Assembly (NCBI GenBank): GCA_030603385.1
Contig: JAUVXW010000004.1
Location: 32,001 to 96,000, forward strand
DNA: 64,000 nucleotides
From: Promethearchaeota archaeon
Lineage (GTDB): Archaea > Asgardarchaeota > Lokiarchaeia > Sigyniarchaeales > SOKP01
Direction of reading: 5' to 3'
The notes under the pieces were generated by a model that searched no databases, was not told where the DNA came from, and saw only the letters and a program-made list of their open reading frames with translations. Shown piece after piece: positions 38,736 to 49,010 of the stretch. How positions within the stretch are numbered: the stretch's first letter is position 1; each line of letters opens with the position of its first letter. The position numbers and the translations under genes are program-made.

Positions 38736-40565
38736 ATGTTAGAAATGGCAAAAGCTGATAAATCTAATCTCATCAATGTTGAAGAGTTTAATAAAAGATT
38801 TCAAGAATGGGTTAAAAACCATGCTGAACTCATCCAAGAAATTGGGAAAATTTTTGAAGAAAATAAAATTTCATGGGGATCCATTCTTGAACAAAATGCT
38901 CAAAAATACCCTAATAATCCCGCTATTAAATTTGAAGATACTATTCTTACTTATAAAGAATTTAATGACAAGGTTAACCAGTATGCGAATTATTTTATCT
39001 CTTTAGGTTTGAAAAGAGGTGATGTCGTAAAGGTTTTAATAAAGAACCGCATTGAATTATTGCTGGTTTATACCGCTAATGCTAAAATCGGAGTAATATC
39101 TTCAATGATCAATACTGATCTTCGCAAAAAAACCCTAGTGTATAGTTTAAACCTAACACCTGGCAAGATTGTTGTAATTGGTGAAGAATGTTTTAATGCT
39201 TTTAATAAAATTAAGTCTGATGTCAATTTATCAGATGCCAAACAACTCTGTTTTATAAATGATAGTGGGGACATGAACCTTCCTGATGAATTCATTGACC
39301 TTCCGCAAACTGTAATGGATTTCCCTGTAGAGAATCCACCAACTACAATTGATGTTAAGACTTCAGATGTTATTGCTTATATATTTACTTCCGGTACGAC
39401 GGGCTTACCTAAAGCAGCACTTTTAACACATTATAGAGTAATTGCTGCGGGTTCTGTTTTTGGGAGAATGATCGCAGATTTTTCTTCTGATGATACTATG
39501 TATATTCCACTACCTTTTTTTCACGGTACAGCTCTAATGACGGGATGGCCATCCATCTTTATTTATGGAGGTGCTTTAGCTTTAGCCCGTAAATTCAGCG
39601 TTAGTCTCTTCTGGGAAGATGTTCGTAAATTTAATGCGACTGGCTTTAATTATGTTGGAGAAATATGTCGCTATCTAATGAATCAACCTTCTAAACCAGA
39701 TGATTCAAATAATCCTGTTAGAGTAGTGATTGGGAATGGTCTCCGTCCAGAAATTTGGCTAGATTTTAAAAAACGATTTAAGATCCCTTTTATTGGAGAA
39801 TTTTATGGGTCATCAGAAGGAAACGGAGCATTTGCTAATGTATTAAATTTTGATTGTACATGTGGATATTCTGCTGGCGGTTATGCCATTGTAAGGTACG
39901 ATCTTGAGGAAGATAAACCCATTAGAAACACGAGAGGATTTATGAGAAAAGTACGTAGAGGTGAAGTTGGCTTAGCTCTATTCGAAAGTACGGAAACAAG
40001 CAAATTTAGGGGGTATACTGATAAAAATGCAACTGAAGCGAAGCTGTATCATAATGTTTTTAAAGAAGGAGATGAATGGTTTAATTCAGGCGATTTAATG
40101 CGGAATCAAGGATGTAGTCATGCCCAATTTGTTGATCGTCTCGGAGATACTTTCCGATGGAAGGGACATAATGTTTCAACTACTGAAATAGAACAAATCC
40201 TTAATATATTTGATCAGATCTCAATGTCATCTGTTTATGGGGTTAAAATACCATTGGTAGATGGACGAGCAGGAATGGCAGCAATTGTTCTCTCATCCAT
40301 CGTTAATGAATTTGATTTCAAGGAACTAGCAAGGCTTTTTAATGATAATCTTGCCCCATATGCCATACCAATTTTTCTCAGATTTAAGTCAGATCTCTCA
40401 ATAACGTACACTTTTAAACTTAAAAAAGGAAAACTCAAAGAAGAAGGCTTCGACCCTCAACATATTGAAGATACCCTATATGTTATGCTACCAAACGAGT
40501 CAGAATACATACCTATGACGAAAGATATCTATAAGAACATTCAGAACCAGAAATATAACTTTTAA
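38736..40565 (+). CDS. Long-chain acyl-CoA synthetase (FATP/FadD6-like)
   Basis: YIFTSGTTGLPKAA, YVGEICRYL, GNGLRP, DRLGDTFRWKGHNVSTTE. Confidence 0.92.
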   Translation: MLEMAKADKSNLINVEEFNKRFQEWVKNHAELIQEIGKIFEENKISWGSILEQNAQKYPNNPAIKFEDTILTYKEFNDKVNQYANYFISLGLKRGDVVKVLIKNRIELLLVYTANAKIGVISSMINTDLRKKTLVYSLNLTPGKIVVIGEECFNAFNKIKSDVNLSDAKQLCFINDSGDMNLPDEFIDLPQTVMDFPVENPPTTIDVKTSDVIAYIFTSGTTGLPKAALLTHYRVIAAGSVFGRMIADFSSDDTMYIPLPFFHGTALMTGWPSIFIYGGALALARKFSVSLFWEDVRKFNATGFNYVGEICRYLMNQPSKPDDSNNPVRVVIGNGLRPEIWLDFKKRFKIPFIGEFYGSSEGNGAFANVLNFDCTCGYSAGGYAIVRYDLEEDKPIRNTRGFMRKVRRGEVGLALFESTETSKFRGYTDKNATEAKLYHNVFKEGDEWFNSGDLMRNQGCSHAQFVDRLGDTFRWKGHNVSTTEIEQILNIFDQISMSSVYGVKIPLVDGRAGMAAIVLSSIVNEFDFKELARLFNDNLAPYAIPIFLRFKSDLSITYTFKLKKGKLKEEGFDPQHIEDTLYVMLPNESEYIPMTKDIYKNIQNQKYNF

Positions 40566-40599
40566 AGAGGATAATATTTTAAAACTATATAAAATTTAA

Positions 40600-41573
40600 C
40601 TATATGTTAAAACCATCATCAAAATCATCATAATCTTCAAGGTCAAACCTTTTCCTTTCTTCTTCTTTCTTTTCTCTTTTAAGTTCTTTACGATCCTTAC
40701 GAGTAAGCTCATCTTTTCGTTTAACATAAATTTGTTCATATCTTTCTCTCAAAGCCTCAACATCTTCAACATGACCAATTTTGTCTTCCAATCCATCTTC
40801 AAAGAAAAAGTTCCGTTTGAATTTCTTAGCAGGAACACCCACATATATATAGTTTTTTTCTAAAACTTGTCCAACCGTCGTTACAGAATTAGCTGCTAAA
40901 ATACAATTATGCCCAATTTGAGTGCCTGGCATAACTATTGCGTGTGAACCAATCCTGACCTCATCTTCAATCACTGTCTTCCGTATTATCAACAAATTGC
41001 CTACGATTACAGCAGATTGGATGATTGCACCTTGTCCAACCACTACATCTTTTCCAAAATCTATAAATTCTGTATCAACCCATCCTTCGAACAAACTGTT
41101 CGAGATTTTAGTTTTTACTCCAAACATTTTGAAACAGACATTATCTAAAAATCCAGGGAAAGGGAATCTATGAGCAAGCCAGATTGGCCACCTTTTTATA
41201 GTATTCCGTAAACTCCAGTATCGGTAATCTTTATCTTCTGGAATTCTTAGGAAAACCCCTTCTCGAGGCTTATGAATTGCATTAACAATAAGTAGCAATA
41301 TTTTAGCAAAAATAATTGCTGAAAAAACAAGAGTTATATACATCAGAAATGCTAAAAGTGGTAGAAACGTGTAAAAATGAACGGGTCTTGCATAATTCCA
41401 TAAAAGTTGCCAATACACCCATAATTCCACGAGTATTGGTAATATACTTATCCAAATAAGAAAAATATAAAAAATCAAATAACGTTTCTTTACCAATACC
41501 GTCGGCGTGAATGGCCTTGTGTGAAAATGCGAATCGCATCTTACTCTACACGCATTGTATTTGGAACCGACAT
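40600..41573 (-). CDS. TM + left-handed beta-helix protein, module type C; predicted spliced CDS join(41573-41546,41516-40600), 314 aa
   Basis: AGGAG SD upstream of ATG 41573; spliced N-terminus MSVPNTMRVGPFTPTVLVKKRY is colinear with paralogue MSVPASLNVGPNTTLTLVKKRY; hexapeptide repeats. Confidence 0.85.
41517..41545 (-). other. 29-nt bulge-helix-bulge intron in a protein-coding gene
   Basis: AGTAAGATGCGATTCGCATTTTCACACAA; central helix GUGU/ACAC, bulges AGA and AAG, flanking helices on both sides; removal restores frame and the paralogue-conserved Gly-Pro. Confidence 0.82.
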
Positions 41574-41735
41574 TACTCTTCTCCTTTAACTTACTTATTT
41601 CTGTTTCTTTTTTACTACTTTTTTATTTAATTATTTAATAACTATAGATATTTACTAATATATCTTATTAACTAAAAATAAATCTTATAAATTATAAAAT
41701 CTACTTATAGTTAAAATTAGAAGTCCTCATTTTTG

Positions 41736-42884
41736 TTAGTTATTTAGAGCCATTTTGGTATAAATTGAAATAATATCTCCATCTTCAATTATATGGTTTA
41801 AATTAGCAATTTTTTGACCTGGATGTCTTGCAGAGTTCCCCCATATTAGCGAAAACCGAAAATCTTTTACAAATCTTTTATGAATCTTACGACAAAGAGT
41901 TTTCATGTTATCACCTTTATGAAGAATTATTGGTTCATCCATATCTGCTTCTTTTTTAGGAGGCTTTAAATATACTCGAATTAAATTCAATTCTTGGAAA
42001 ATACGATGGCGAAGTGCATTTATATTTTCTTGATTTTTTGCTGAAATCATGACCCAATGATTGTGCCCAATAGATTCCGTGATTTCTTCTGGTGAGAGTG
42101 GAATCTTCATCAAATCTACTTTATTAATTACAACAAATTCTTTTGTATAAACCCGATTTCCCATTATAAAATCAATTAATTGATCCGGTGTAGTATTTGG
42201 CTCAGAAAAATACACTCCTGCATTAAGAAGACCTAATTCGTTTGATAAAGCTTTAACCTCATTTTTATCCATTAATTGAGGGCCTTTTGAAGTGAAGTGA
42301 ATCCCACCTCGAGTTTATTCTTTAATAGAAATTCGTGATGGTCGACTATTTAAACGGATACCCGCATTATTTAGTTCATTTCTAATTTTTTTCAAATCTA
42401 GAAAATTGATGGTTCCATCTTCTCGAAAACAAATGATTATTAGAATCAATTCAGCTGTCCGTACAGCACCTAAGACTTGTTTCCCTTTACCTTTTCCGGT
42501 GGCGGCTCCTAATATGATACCTGGCAAATCTATCAGCTGTATTTTAGCATCCTCAATATTCATCATACCAGGAATGGCAGTTATTGTAGTAAAATCGTAA
42601 GCTGCTACTTTTGAATGAGTATCACCTTCAGTTAATAGGTTAAGCAATGATGATTTCCCAACGGATGGAAATCCAATAAAAGCTACTTGGGCATCACCCG
42701 ATTTTTTAATCCCAAAGCCCCCGCCACCTCCTTTCTTAGAACTCGCGATTTGAATCAAATTTTCTCGGAGTTTGGCTAATTGGGCTTTAATATAATTTAT
42801 ACTACGCTGAGTGCTCTTATTTGGGATAGTCTCTGCTAACCGTTCCTCAAGCTCCTTAATTCGATCTTCAACTTTTTCACTCAT
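41736..42884 (-). pseudogene. DRG/Rbg-family GTPase with TGS domain, interrupted by in-frame TAA at 42315-42317
   Basis: GFPSVGKS, YDFTT, DLPG, NKVD, SAK, TGS; reads ISIKE*TRGGIHF in one frame. Confidence 0.8.
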
Positions 42885-43125
42885 TCCATGTATATAAAAC
42901 TACTATATCCAAAAAAATTTTCGAAAATTACCTAAGAAAAAGGTTTTTAATAAAGTTGATAATTTAGAAAAACATTTCAGAAGCCATTATGACGATATGG
43001 GTTATTAGTTGATGCCCATTGACCGAAATAATAGTTCGTAGAGGAATTTATTTTAGATAGATGGTAATAAAGAAAATTAAGTACTGAAAATTTTAAAAAT
43101 ATAACAAAAATAAAATAAAAGTTAA

Positions 43126-44343
43126 TTATTCCATTCTTTTCCTTCTGCGTCTTATTAACAGTAGGGCTGCTACACCAATCAATGCCCCTCCACTAATAAC
43201 CGAAATTAAAATAATCAGTTCGATTGGAATTCCACCATCTTGAGCTGAAATTGGACATTTCATTAATGGAAAATTGTCTTGACTTCCTCCAGTAATAATA
43301 TATGGTGTATCCCCAATTCCATCACCATCTTCGTCTGAACCCGTATAATCAGCCCAATAATTACCCTTAATTCCATTATCCCATTCATTAATAGCACCCT
43401 CATCATCAGCATTGAGAGTATTATTAAAACAATTTAGATATATGTTGTTAAATAAAGAAACATGCACGTTTATTCCAGCATCCCCGTTATGATTTACGGT
43501 GTTTCCTGTAATATTGTTATACAAACTACTCCATAAAGATATCCCCCATCTGTTGTTAAAGGAAATAACGCATTCAGATATAATGTTATTATCAGAATCA
43601 GTAATACCAATCCCAATATTATCATTATTATTTACAGTGTTTTCAGAAATAATGTTATTAATACAATCTCCTAAAATTACCCCATTCCAGTTGTTTTCAC
43701 ATATGTTTCCCGAAATGGTATTATTATCACTACTAAGGCCTAATGATATCCCCTCCCCATATTCTGCACCATTTACCGAATTTCCTGAAATTTCGTTATT
43801 ACTACTATGAGTTAAATATATTCCATCCACACTATTATTACTTACTGTATTTCCCGAAATTTCGTTATTGCTACTACTCGATACACGTATACCATGACCG
43901 TTATTATTTGAAACGTTATTGTTTATTAATAATCCATTACTCACTGATGATAATACGATACCCGCATTTGGATATTCAGCAGAATTATAAACTCTACAAT
44001 TTTCTATTTTGAAATACACATTGGAATTTGCAATCCAGATACAACTGCTAGAATTTTTCCCATCGATTATCAAATCTTCTATAACATACGGTTCAGAAAA
44101 GGTACCATTCCCCGTACAATTTCCCGCACTTTTAAAAGCAAGCCACCCAGAATTATCGTCAATATGAATTTTTCCCGAAACTGCTGAGATTTTTGGAATC
44201 TCGTTATTGAAAATAATATCATCGCTATAGCCCGAACTTTTGTTGTAATTGTCCGTAATATAACTAAGATTAGTGGTGATTATTGGTAATAATGCGAAAA
44301 GGATTCCTATGATGATTAAATTTGATTTTACATTTGATTTCAT
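43126..44343 (-). CDS. NosD/pectin-lyase-like right-handed beta-helix surface protein
   Basis: Signal/TM, GIxLxxSSNNxISGN repeats, GNYWADY, DGDGIGDTPY, C-terminal TM + RRRRKR. Confidence 0.85.
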   Translation of the reverse strand: MKSNVKSNLIIIGILFALLPIITTNLSYITDNYNKSSGYSDDIIFNNEIPKISAVSGKIHIDDNSGWLAFKSAGNCTGNGTFSEPYVIEDLIIDGKNSSSCIWIANSNVYFKIENCRVYNSAEYPNAGIVLSSVSNGLLINNNVSNNNGHGIRVSSSSNNEISGNTVSNNSVDGIYLTHSSNNEISGNSVNGAEYGEGISLGLSSDNNTISGNICENNWNGVILGDCINNIISENTVNNNDNIGIGITDSDNNIISECVISFNNRWGISLWSSLYNNITGNTVNHNGDAGINVHVSLFNNIYLNCFNNTLNADDEGAINEWDNGIKGNYWADYTGSDEDGDGIGDTPYIITGGSQDNFPLMKCPISAQDGGIPIELIILISVISGGALIGVAALLLIRRRRKRME

Positions 44344-44612
44344 ATTATTTTCACTATATTAGAAAAATATAATTTGTATGTGATTAGTAATTAAGGTAAT
44401 TTCCTTTATAACATTTCAATCTATTAAGGAATAAATCAATTAACATTTCTGTCAATTAAGTATAACGGGTTATAATAACAAGATTATTTTCTTATTTCAT
44501 AAATGCTCTCAAATGTTAGTTTTTGCCCTCTCTTTTACAATGTGAAACTTTTGGACTAATAAAATATTTAATTTGTTAATAATAAGCTTACTTCGCTGAA
44601 AATACTGATATT

Positions 44613-46505
44613 TTATTCCTCTTCGTCCTTTGTTTTTATTAAATCTTTTTTATCTTCATCTATATTTACTTCATGCGAAACTTCAAATTTTTTTGCTTCA
44701 TCTACATCTCTTTTCATAAGAATTTCTCTTTTTGATTCAGCGTACTTATTTTCTTTCAATTCTATAGCAGGTATACCAAAATATATCCAGCCAGGTTTTA
44801 AAACTTGATCGTAGGTGGTTGAACTAATTGCTCCAATTACAGATTCTTTTTTTATAATAGTTCCTGGTGCAATTGAAGTCTGTCCTCCAACCATAACATA
44901 GTCATCAAATAAAACACCCTTAATTAATAAATATTTTCCAACAACCATGGAAGACATAATGGTTGCCCCCTGTCCGATCAGAACTTTACGACCTAATTTA
45001 ATAAATTCAGAGTCACACCACGTATCAGCTAAATGACTTGAAAAATCCATATCAACCCCAAGTTGCTGAAAAGCTATTACATCTACCCATGGAAATGGTG
45101 AATTCCGTAAAAACCATAAAGAAATCTTCTTTATTTGCGTTCGGAGCTGCCAGAATTCAAAATCTGTGCTTCCTATTTGCGCTTTAAAAACGCCCTCTTT
45201 AGGTTTATGAATTAAATTTACTAATATTAAAAGTAATTTACTGAAAAGAATACACGCTACTATAAAGATGTATAGCAATCCAAATAAGATGACTGGAAAA
45301 AAAAGAAAAAATGGTAAATGAAATCTTATAGAATTTCCATCTATTATATCCCCGGAATACCAATACCATAGGATTGTAATAAGTAAACCTGAAATCCAAA
45401 ATATTGGTATATAGACTAACAAAAACTTTACATTCACTCTGCTTATCGCAGAGCTAGTTGTGAAATCAATCGCCAAATCTTCTTTTGAAAGACTATTAAT
45501 ATCTATTTTTTCTTCTTGTAAGTCATCCAACAATTGTGTGTTATTAGGAACTTTATCTGTTTTCTCTAATCTACGCTCTTTCTCTTTCAATTGATTTAAT
45601 AATTTTTTATCTTTATACTCTTCAATATTCGCATTCTTTTCTAGATCCTTTGGTTTAACATCTAAGTATTCCATAATCTTTCTTCTAAAGATTCTTCTCA
45701 TAGGCATTCCATAATAAAAGTGTTTTCCTCCCTTTAATACACTATGTTTCGGTGTAGAAGCTAGAGGTAATAGATATGAATCATCAAAAATCTCACATCC
45801 TGGGGCAATATTGGCAAATGCAGCAGATGTTACATTATTACCAACTTTAATTTTAAAATAGGAGATATTGCCAAAGATCCCCTCAACAAAATGGCTCGCT
45901 AATGTAGTATTCACACCAATATAACAGTTCTCGCCGCATTCTATAAATTTATCCATACCGACAGACTCCTCAAAGGTTGTACCTTTTCCAATTTTGTTTG
46001 AGCCAACAAAATTAAAAAACCAGTTGCTGAGCCAAGGAAATATACCCTTATTAAAAGTGTTTTTTCCGTATTTTATCATAAAAGCCCTGATATGATAATA
46101 ATTTGCTGTTCTACTTTTTACATTTCGTGGAATAATTCCAGATATCGATGGAGATGTTCTTTCCGTAATTCTCCATATAATTCGTGTGATTAACCCTATC
46201 AGAAATAAGTGAATTAAATAGCACATTATAAGAACTAATGGCATAAATAAAAGAGATATCAACGATTTAAAATCAGTAAAAATTGATATAAAACTAAGAT
46301 TTTCTAAAAAGTATATCCGAAAGGGAAAGAAAAAGTATAACAAAAAAACAAATCCGGGGATTACCCATGAAATGTAATAAATAATAAAGAAAATAATAAT
46401 ATACAAATGAAATTGAACACTTACCTCCTCTTTAATGACTTCATTATTCAATTCATTAGAAGAGGGATGTTCAATTTCACTGTCTTCGTTGTTCATTTCT
46501 ACCAT
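44613..46505 (-). CDS. TM + left-handed beta-helix protein, fused modules A+B
   Basis: Two [2TM + hexapeptide] units; ASHFVEGIFGNISY; SSMVVG. Confidence 0.85.
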   Translation of the reverse strand: MVEMNNEDSEIEHPSSNELNNEVIKEEVSVQFHLYIIIFFIIYYISWVIPGFVFLLYFFFPFRIYFLENLSFISIFTDFKSLISLLFMPLVLIMCYLIHLFLIGLITRIIWRITERTSPSISGIIPRNVKSRTANYYHIRAFMIKYGKNTFNKGIFPWLSNWFFNFVGSNKIGKGTTFEESVGMDKFIECGENCYIGVNTTLASHFVEGIFGNISYFKIKVGNNVTSAAFANIAPGCEIFDDSYLLPLASTPKHSVLKGGKHFYYGMPMRRIFRRKIMEYLDVKPKDLEKNANIEEYKDKKLLNQLKEKERRLEKTDKVPNNTQLLDDLQEEKIDINSLSKEDLAIDFTTSSAISRVNVKFLLVYIPIFWISGLLITILWYWYSGDIIDGNSIRFHLPFFLFFPVILFGLLYIFIVACILFSKLLLILVNLIHKPKEGVFKAQIGSTDFEFWQLRTQIKKISLWFLRNSPFPWVDVIAFQQLGVDMDFSSHLADTWCDSEFIKLGRKVLIGQGATIMSSMVVGKYLLIKGVLFDDYVMVGGQTSIAPGTIIKKESVIGAISSTTYDQVLKPGWIYFGIPAIELKENKYAESKREILMKRDVDEAKKFEVSHEVNIDEDKKDLIKTKDEEE

Positions 46506-46600
46506 TAAAAGCTTTGATTTGCAATTGATCCTTATTATATTTTAATAGATATTTTTTTCCTTTTAAATTTATGAGTCTTAAGCATAGATAAAGATTTGCT

Positions 46601-46996
46601 ATGAATAACAAATGTGAAAACTGTGGAAAATGTTGTTTAGATACAGAAATGATTCTTTCTTTTGAAGATATCGAATTAATAAAGAAAAATTCAATCGATA
46701 ATATAGGAGAAGGTGATTTTGTGTTTAAAAATGAAAATGAGCAATTTCAACTCAAAAACATTGATGGTCATTGCGTTTTTTTAAATTACTCTGCAAAGAA
46801 ATGTAACATTTATGAATTTCGACCTCAAGGATGTAGATTTTATCCATTAATCTATGATATTAACAAAAAAAAATGCTTACTTGATGATGATTGTCCTAAA
46901 AAGGATCAATTTTATAATACAAAACAAAGTCTAAAAATTACATGTTCGAATTTGAAAAGGTTTTTAGAACAACAATTTACTTTGAAAATTGATTAA
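46601..46996 (+). CDS. YkgJ/UPF0153 cysteine-cluster protein
   Basis: CENCGKCC, CVFL, CNIYEFRPQGCRFYP. Confidence 0.88.
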   Translation: MNNKCENCGKCCLDTEMILSFEDIELIKKNSIDNIGEGDFVFKNENEQFQLKNIDGHCVFLNYSAKKCNIYEFRPQGCRFYPLIYDINKKKCLLDDDCPKKDQFYNTKQSLKITCSNLKRFLEQQFTLKID

Positions 46997-47008
46997 AGTT
47001 GAGATATC

Positions 47009-48847
47009 CTAGGTCAGATCTTTTTTGTCTTCTTCAATGTTAATTTTATGCTCAACTTCAAACTTCCTCTCTTCATCTACATCTTTTTTCATAACAATAT
47101 CACGTCTTTCTTCAGCATATCGGTTTTTCTTTAATTTAATGACGGGAATTCCAAAATATATCCATCCTGGTTCGAGGATCTGATTATATGTAGTTGAACT
47201 TATAGCTCCAACGACTGAATCCTTACCTACTATTGTTCCAGGTGCAATGGTTGATTGTCCTCCTATCACTACAAAATCATCAAGAATAACATCTTTAATT
47301 AATAAGTATTTTCCAACGACCATTGATGACATTACGGTAGCACCTTGACCTATTAGAACGGATCTTCCCATTTTTATAAATTCACCATCGCACCACGAGT
47401 CAAATAAGGAACTTGAAAGAGTCATTTTTATACCCATTTTTTTAAAAACTAATATGTCCATCCAAGGAAGAGGCCAATTTCGTATAAGCCATAAAACAAT
47501 TTTTTTTAACTCTGTCCGTAAACACCAAAATTCGAAATCACCATTACCTTTTTCAGCTTTAAAGACCCCCTCTTTTGGTATATGAATTAAATTTATTAAA
47601 ATTAAGAATAATTTAGTAAAAAAGAAACTCGCTATAATAAAAATAAACCACATAAGGATGACCATCGTTGGTAAAAAAAATGCCATAACCAACCACCTAT
47701 TATATCCAACATAATAAGTAAATGTATAAAACATTATGGTTACTAGCATACCAGAAAGCCAAAATATAGGAACATAGACAACTAAAAATTTTAAATTTAC
47801 CCTTGAAATTGCACTACTTGTCGTAAAATCAATTCTTAAATCTTCTTCATTTATATTATTAATATCAATATTATCTTCATTTGAATCTGTGAATTCTTGT
47901 TCATATTTAGGAAAAACTTCAGATTGTTTGATATCTTTCATGGCTTTTAATTTTTTTAACAGATTTTTATCTTTATAGCCGTTAATATTTTCATTTTTTT
48001 CTAAATCCTCTGGTTTAACACCTAAGTATCCCATAATCTTTTTTCTAAAGATTCTTCTCATCGGAATTCCAAAATAAAAGTTTTTTCCTCCCTTTAATAC
48101 ACTATGTTTCGGTGTAGAAGCTAGAGGTAATAGATATGAATCTTCAAACACCTCACTTCCCGGAGCAATGTTAGCCATTGCAGCAGCGGTTACGTTATTA
48201 CCAACTTTAATTTCAAAATAGGAGATATTGCCAAAAATCCCCTCAATTAGATGGCTTGTTAAGCTTGAATTTACTCCAATATAACAATTCTCGCCTATGT
48301 TAATAAATTTATCATTAACACAAGATTCTTCTAATGTTGAACCTTTAGAAATTTTACTAGCTCCAATAAAATTAAAAAACCAGTTGCTGAGCCAAGGAAA
48401 AAGCCCTTTCATAAAAGCATTCTTTCCTTGCTTAATCATAAAACCTCTTATTTGATAGTAATTCAATGTTTTACTTGGGAAATTTCTTGGTATAATCCCT
48501 TCTTTACTTGGTGACCTTTTTTGGCTCAAACTCCAAAAACCACGTGTAATTAGACCTATGAAAAATAACCGGAGAAGATAACAACAAATGAGAACAAAAG
48601 GCATAGAGATTAATGCTAATAAAGGCTTAAACTCGGTAAAAAGTGCCAAAAAATTAGTAGTTTCTAAAAAATGTGGTAAGAAAAAAAGAATCATATAAGT
48701 CATAAATAAAATTGCCGGAATTAATAAAGAAGCTAGAAAAATTGTAAAAAGAATAAAGAGATACCAGAAATATGGATTTTTAATTTCTTCTCTAACAGTT
48801 TTTTCCTCTAAGCTATCCTCAGTCGATTGTTGCTCTATCGTTGTCAA
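47009..48847 (-). CDS. TM + left-handed beta-helix protein, fused modules A+B
   Basis: Paralogue of 44613-46505; TSHLIEGIFGNISY. Confidence 0.85.
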   Translation of the reverse strand: MTTIEQQSTEDSLEEKTVREEIKNPYFWYLFILFTIFLASLLIPAILFMTYMILFFLPHFLETTNFLALFTEFKPLLALISMPFVLICCYLLRLFFIGLITRGFWSLSQKRSPSKEGIIPRNFPSKTLNYYQIRGFMIKQGKNAFMKGLFPWLSNWFFNFIGASKISKGSTLEESCVNDKFINIGENCYIGVNSSLTSHLIEGIFGNISYFEIKVGNNVTAAAMANIAPGSEVFEDSYLLPLASTPKHSVLKGGKNFYFGIPMRRIFRKKIMGYLGVKPEDLEKNENINGYKDKNLLKKLKAMKDIKQSEVFPKYEQEFTDSNEDNIDINNINEEDLRIDFTTSSAISRVNLKFLVVYVPIFWLSGMLVTIMFYTFTYYVGYNRWLVMAFFLPTMVILMWFIFIIASFFFTKLFLILINLIHIPKEGVFKAEKGNGDFEFWCLRTELKKIVLWLIRNWPLPWMDILVFKKMGIKMTLSSSLFDSWCDGEFIKMGRSVLIGQGATVMSSMVVGKYLLIKDVILDDFVVIGGQSTIAPGTIVGKDSVVGAISSTTYNQILEPGWIYFGIPVIKLKKNRYAEERRDIVMKKDVDEERKFEVEHKINIEEDKKDLT

Positions 48848-49010
48848 TTTATTAAATTTTTAATTTTGATTTATATTTAGTAATTAAGATAATTTTTCTA
48901 AAAAACTCAATGTTTTAAAAATATGACCTAATTGTAAAATTGATTACTTGTTAAAAGAGTCTTTATAAAAGCAATTAAATATGAAAATAAATTAAAAAAT
49001 TAGAGGCTTT

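Noticed and set aside
41303-41539. 78-aa track ORF starting within the intron
   Set aside because: Alternative-frame overlap of the type-C gene with no recognisable features
42273-42340. Possible BHB intron or Sec/Pyl recoding at the DRG break (also checked at the nitrilase break, 58632)
   Set aside because: Both halves are in frame with no extra sequence, no BHB fold is evident, and the stop is TAA
42975-43050. Intergenic hairpin ATGGGT...GCCCAT flanked by ATGAC/TGAC, resembling a SECIS or C/D box RNA
   Set aside because: No plus-strand UGA-containing gene upstream, no AAA loop and no CUGA D box; insufficient support
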